Positions 32,301 through 35,635 of a stretch of 35,635 nt of DNA are shown piece by piece. Within the stretch, counting starts at the first letter, position 1. Each line of letters starts with the position of its first letter. Source of the DNA: Stramenopiles sp. TOSAG23-3 (lineage: Eukaryota); contig LT642198.1 in NCBI GenBank assembly GCA_900128585.1, positions 1 to 35,635 of the forward strand. Direction: 5' to 3'. The notes below the pieces were generated by a model. That model was not told the DNA's origin, made no database searches, and saw nothing but the letters and a program-made list of their open reading frames with translations. Position numbers and translations under genes: made by a program.

Positions 32301-33988
32301 TCAGTCCCAGTGCCAGTTCCAACGTTAAAGATGTCTAGAGGTACTTTGGATATATTAGAAGAATCGTCCTCCGAGAAACTTTCATTTCTTCCAGAAATCA
32401 ATCGAGTCATTCTTGAGGATAATGGATTGTTATGCAAAACATCAGGCTGTGGGCAAACGGCCCCTGTACTGTTTTCTTCAGCACCCGGGTGATGCAGAAC
32501 CAATGCCACAGCACTTATAAAATGATCTAGTAAGTCATCGTCACCCCAAGGATCCGTTAATTTATGAACCCTGGTCCCTCGCTCATCTTCACACAGACCA
32601 GTGTTCACCGGGGACTCCTTCGACACGGCATCACTGGTGGGATCCAGCGGTGGGGGTTGCGAATTCTGCATTTCCTGGAACTGAACACGTTCATCATAAA
32701 AATCATTGATGGCTGGGCAGGATCCCTCTTCCTCAACGAATTTCCCATTTTGAGGGAACTGGACTATTCCAAGTAATGCTTTGTGACCTATACTATCCCT
32801 TCGTATGCAAGAAGAAACACCTGGCATACGTGCTACCTGCAGTAGCATATCTAGTCGGTTTTCCCATGTGCCGAATCTTATAAGCCAAGCGGCGGCATGG
32901 CGTACCCATGATGTGATCTTCTTCGCAGCACGGCATTGCCACGGTCCGTCCGAACCATGCTTTGGGTGTAAAGTTGCACTGACAGATGTATGAGACTTCA
33001 AAACGTTTGCCAGGCTTCTTAAAAATGCACAACCAATCTCGACGACGTACAAAAAGCTCGTGCCTGACACGTTACTATCAAGTGTTTGTTCAACCCAAAA
33101 TTGCGTGTGCTGTCTGTCATTTACTGCTCGTGACAATTCTGTAGTTCTGCAACGGCGCAAAGAACGCAGCGCTAACTCGATCTGTTTCCTAATCTCCGGG
33201 TCAATAGATGCGTCTACGTACTTAATGGAAGACTCGATTCTATCTTCTTCGTCTAAATCCAACCTGCTTTGCCGGTCTACAGCAGTTCTTAACACCCAAG
33301 AAGAGGCAACTTTCTCGTTCACAACTCCCTTCAATACTTCTATGGTATCCAACAACTCATCAATAGTCTTTTCAGACTTAATGTACTCACCGATATAATG
33401 AGAAAATTTTGAGGGCCTGGGCCTTGAGGCTGCATCTTTTAAAAATGCTGCTGCCATATTCTGTGCCAACCGCACGCGCCTGAGGTCGTATTCTCGCTCT
33501 ATATGTACATGACGCAATGAGAGGCGCGCCCGTGAAGTTCCTAACAAAAGGGGAGGGGCCAAAGCTACTTTGGGCGCTATAAAAATAGGAACATCCTCCA
33601 TGATCCCAGGGGCATTTCCAGTGATCAGTGCTGGGGGAGCAGATGGAGCTGTGGATACAACGTGCACGTTCGTGCCGCTGGGCACGGAAAGCGCATTAGT
33701 TTTCATACCTTCCTTTACCTCTCTACTTTCCAAAAGATCACCAACAGTTGGAACTAACGGCACCGTTGAGTCTCTGGGCAACTCTTTAAACGGAATTGCA
33801 TTCGCATCTAACGCATCCGATGATTCGAAATCCGATTTTTTTACAAACAACCCGGCCGATTCGTCGCCGCCTAAAGCAGCTATCCGCGCGTAGATATCGT
33901 CCCAGTCGTCCTTGCTAACAGCACGAGCGGAGGACGGTTTCACTTCCACCTCCGTCTCTGACTTTCTAGGTTTGGCCAAAGTTGCCAT
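26339..33988 (-). CDS. EPG5: EPG5-like autophagosome-lysosome tethering factor
   Basis: Uninterrupted ~2550-aa helical ORF; track start 34054 is TTG, first ATG is 33988. Size matches EPG5. EPG5-like motifs: WKPQPAEFKIIRSWLL, IIDSMNWG, LFLSVELHRECAI, VLLPIVWQCFFSLFL. Confidence 0.7.
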   Translation of the reverse strand: MATLAKPRKSETEVEVKPSSARAVSKDDWDDIYARIAALGGDESAGLFVKKSDFESSDALDANAIPFKELPRDSTVPLVPTVGDLLESREVKEGMKTNALSVPSGTNVHVVSTAPSAPPALITGNAPGIMEDVPIFIAPKVALAPPLLLGTSRARLSLRHVHIEREYDLRRVRLAQNMAAAFLKDAASRPRPSKFSHYIGEYIKSEKTIDELLDTIEVLKGVVNEKVASSWVLRTAVDRQSRLDLDEEDRIESSIKYVDASIDPEIRKQIELALRSLRRCRTTELSRAVNDRQHTQFWVEQTLDSNVSGTSFLYVVEIGCAFLRSLANVLKSHTSVSATLHPKHGSDGPWQCRAAKKITSWVRHAAAWLIRFGTWENRLDMLLQVARMPGVSSCIRRDSIGHKALLGIVQFPQNGKFVEEEGSCPAINDFYDERVQFQEMQNSQPPPLDPTSDAVSKESPVNTGLCEDERGTRVHKLTDPWGDDDLLDHFISAVALVLHHPGAEENSTGAVCPQPDVLHNNPLSSRMTRLISGRNESFSEDDSSNISKVPLDIFNVGTGTGTERTNWLIVSDGDDESIRSASAETSVDSKRVSTTGRNARLNSRPNCVIMSDDDMVAVYEQLPVDIACKALFAESRLGRKEENGIRVVFSRAASVIRLHGQALYEFALSSHSRYPRFCKVLAETIVNIVSECTLRVTASGEAAALIESLCLLTVHELQRCRARHVRLYLTRLPYHSCSPNFMWRVMIAVYLGTDSAAVRFACIDGRATGTSIESNAKGTPENTQDANQLFLLAIAEGVCDKESWYNMVKKYPGVRSSLIQSLSDTTTFDECARLSTLADIAEAHGGDIAAVIFEELYYAGHIAVESRSIWHTQIVSLLANMAMYHPQLISSAIHLVNNSIEKSTAPMRSMFYLVRHLERPIVKWKPQPAEFKIIRSWLLFCQKQANSANEPIRREIAQLIIDSMNWGKVSSCDDRLFLSVELHRECAITIAEAMSTMNNQEIAAAEAKNVSYVQQVKNMVFQSDVDKFEAWAFSQVQKFCLCNNYTEMHHPRIPLLPNSEGDAKAFEQIHGRVIALFQTQQTINELIASESYKCDVSVGAVSAYVLLLSTDCIHHGAFGWHIWATLVHKQHLFPALRVLHDMSPVFFRFPIVIAEMPLETLRLLMNLSQPSQLSLVGQLLPNIFTKVPYGVQCFASVVAAQSDYGAMWLEKVSGLGDVGTNGDALGVLGEYGHYFVMEALLKSATTKVSSGHMLPLEEAFDWMSKMLLKTNQNNTKIHNKSKGVIETFMGWGKASIELLNIFGMPSGPTHPYISFVTLLLDSFKQRKILACLTKYFDSNMEYEKDRFVETVSLRILASGSDDEKTVWNNATDFAFDASTDVSSLAIVEWAKLCLVYPDDDVLLPIVWQCFFSLFLSHVKDADRSSSLGLWLFHTYNKETNKPLLKQLGKRLCSIVKKYTAIVATYAPQQESSADSSGGIFTEDKSNEATTASINALEAKKLASLFAAMFHWLEDAERIDCSAIHTLPSVYCPGRLASFVLSSNPLCEHHASVQKVLKLLWWDAVKSVQICSGQKASVFSGSPDVEWMPYARAPPAIVSYYLPPRSSKYRTAFLKETYSTARLPPYRVFQPILPWGPGKINLKDARPETYTRELVELAKRFSKALSQAIDIDNHLLNLIDSFWVRQKREMRRRKSDKRGRMYEFVFTYMDSVFNKDSLSKARSVGIVCDTLTLKVAETDCSANKIEDHDRVQAALDLNSSELLSSTSRSIVAIMTIEAIVGQLESSELDVFTTDQISNWFYHMLRCDRDNESWTRKCEYTRDFIWRMVKRLASLWLTTRPSIEERNSLLILLTESIPATATNEKEGPVFTATIGILQDLLKMHFEDHLPYVLRVLVGNNSAADGQPMNERVWRSIINVPKWTKLLRVDECAQMLGSGVMQARLLRRDSNIAALSKNEYELVNDMINVWDQQILNLYLLITERLFLRSMHLVEASIVDSWGLVKCEIKMEEELSRIFCVLVNPWTNTITLPADESTNQRAILQHPWPLNGEMNTRVKSFLVNIFTNLVNKVNKKYNGQFLVFLWKWIGEQCTPLEYTADTICTLALEVVDWSNICLDREGIETMLSVLHEHHSEEMQVSWMHRLTLSICRKVNWEIWKEKLSKDPAVVDQILSLLLRLFLFIDLDWVELTSANIPWRRLSTDSFHIFLSNEYNVLHSRTCRLLQAAAEDSTAKVSFFLRALGKPLGSSYIDTDDYVSNVSSALELVRRLCAPDGNGGAVGEDREMLVRNVLEWVDNAIMSNTLEEGITYEKRTISVREHVGRLIWCFLGESSYLASTILDNASIVLSLPYLALVNERALWGYQHNFGALDGAEVHVPNFDTAEFVNACVSKGCVLTLYTVAKQLENKQFSGSVAFVTREWERKMHETIADWLRRLPCVVDARINPLTVMFISKSDVVDPNNERNGLWKTLQVLKGMYEKAFPSLFSRVATYVSGQDQSELLNWGNDPNAQHSTVLLFQSAIESLEKIFECKNQNGRAALLKDFISKEGTTG

Positions 33989-34461
33989 GGACGAAAAAGG
34001 TGTTGCGAACGCGTCTCTATAATTTTTAATCCCCCCGGGAATTGTATACAGCAAACTTTAGGAACAACACTACAGTTGAAAAGAATATGTGAATTCCTCT
34101 CAAAAGTTACATTAGCTATGAACCCAAATTGAGAAGGCAATTGTCTGTTGTTACTTCATCATCTTCTTCATCATCATCATATCACGCACATTGTCGTCAA
34201 TTTATTTTATTTACAGTGTATTATTGGAATTATATATTCGTCTATTTATTATAGTGTCTAGTTAGTTACGAGTTACGAGGAGTCTCGTAGTAGTTAGTTA
34301 TTTTTTTAGAATAGTATTAATAATAGAGTTATTCCTATAATTTTAGATTAAACTTGCAATTAATCTTGTGCTGATAGTCGTCTCTATTTATTAAAATTAT
34401 AAAAAATAGTCGTCCAGTGGATTTTTATATTTTTGTCTCTATTGAACTATTGAAGTTATTA

Positions 34462-34794
34462 TTACCAACATAGACACCCGAAAGTAACTGCTTCTTCATG
34501 TTTTGGGTGTAACTCCACGAACTGCGATTCGAGTATTTTCTCCGTTTTGCAGTGTTTCATCAACGACGTATTTATTTCGTCAACATTTTTGAAGTCGTAT
34601 CCTCGTGCGAGGGCAGCAGCAGGCATGCTGACTGACGGCAGCACTTGCGTGAGTACGTCGAGGTAGAGCTTCATACCTGGGACGTCCTTGAGGTCTGCCT
34701 TTGGCAGTTTGTGAGCGAACGACAAGTTGACTTTGTGTTCGCGAGTCTGTTCGGGGGCGTTCTTGGGCCCATAACCTGATAAGTTAGTGGACAT
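34462..34794 (-). CDS. Hypothetical protein, 110 aa
   Basis: ATG-to-TAA ORF that coincides with a GC-richer island between AT-rich flanks. No family recognised. Confidence 0.55.
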   Translation of the reverse strand: MSTNLSGYGPKNAPEQTREHKVNLSFAHKLPKADLKDVPGMKLYLDVLTQVLPSVSMPAAALARGYDFKNVDEINTSLMKHCKTEKILESQFVELHPKHEEAVTFGCLCW

Positions 34795-35635
34795 ATTTGA
34801 TATTTGATGTGGAATACTTAGCTGCGCTGCACGCGAGATGTAGTATTATAGTGTTCTTTCTGAATAAAAAGATTAATTAATTATTATTTTTATAGAGAAG
34901 AGTCCTCCTCTTCCTCCTACTTTTCTACATCACATGAACTCATACGAGACGTTCAAGCCGCCGTACAGGTACTCTACTCGGATGGACGTACGTCCACAAG
35001 TCTTGTTAGAGACGGCTATCTCTTTGTCTCGTCGTTTAAGCCATTCATTCACTGATAAAACATGACGCGTGTCAGAGATAAAACTCTTGTTCTACGCTCG
35101 TTTAAGGTGGGTTTGCTTTGCTAACGAATGGTTGGCGGCGCCCAAAAATAGATCCGTTGTTGCCGAAGTTATTGCTGTGCAATATCTTTTCCGGGCACGG
35201 TATAATATTCGCAGGGCGAATTCATTCATCGCACTTCTCCATTTATTCTCCTCATGGTGTGTTGTAGCTAAACGACGTGGCGGCGGGTTTTATTTATCGT
35301 CGAATAGGTGGTGTGGGCCTGTTGTTCAAATAATATCGGTACTGGTAGCATACGCGCGCGCGGCGCTGTGCCCATTTATTTCGAAACAACTCGGCCGCGA
35401 AAAATAGTCGGAATTTTGTCGCTCTTGCTCGTTCTCGGTTAAGGACAATTGGTGCTTTTCATTTCAATTAGTCCCTTGCGCTCGAACCAAAACATTTGGC
35501 GCATTTACGTACTTATTCCGTTCAGTACGTTGTATTTGCCGCCCTGTTTTAGTTGTGGACATCTAAAAAACAATAGTCACTGTCTCAAACAATTTTATGA
35601 TAGTTTGAATGATGAATACCAGAAGTTTTATTCTG

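Noticed and set aside
34900..35407. Possible importin/transportin-like N-terminus (VQAAVQVLYSD...ANEWL) and the 112-aa plus-strand ORF
   Set aside because: The pieces are in different frames, no phase-compatible intron was found, and the ORF starts at GTG.

Overview
Eukaryotic, gene-dense genomic DNA in the standard genetic code (TAA, TAG and TGA all used as stops), with long intron-free genes separated by AT-rich spacers. The gene set suggests a flagellated protist, plausibly a stramenopile (inference only). Recognisable genes: a phosducin/thioredoxin-like protein, a SHIPPO/ODF3-repeat protein, a ~4560-aa HERC-like protein (RCC1-LamG-SPRY-UBA-FN3-SPRY plus a HECT remnant with no catalytic C-lobe), a TOM1-like VHS-GAT protein, TFIIS, an SLC52-like transporter, an EPG5-like autophagy protein and a small hypothetical ORF. 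A start-less DUF229-like gene remnant is also present. The non-coding DNA falls into two classes. Spacers on the 5' side of genes carry palindromic GTACC(A/T)GGTAC clusters and a recurring TAGTCGTCT motif. The two convergent (3'-3') spacers carry related AT-rich sequence: a shared 34-bp motif, a ~345-bp fold-back, and an orphan exon with canonical splice sites. One assembly gap (N run) lies at about 18425-18448. No rRNA, tRNA, CRISPR array or transposase was seen. All family calls come from motif recognition by eye, not from database searches.
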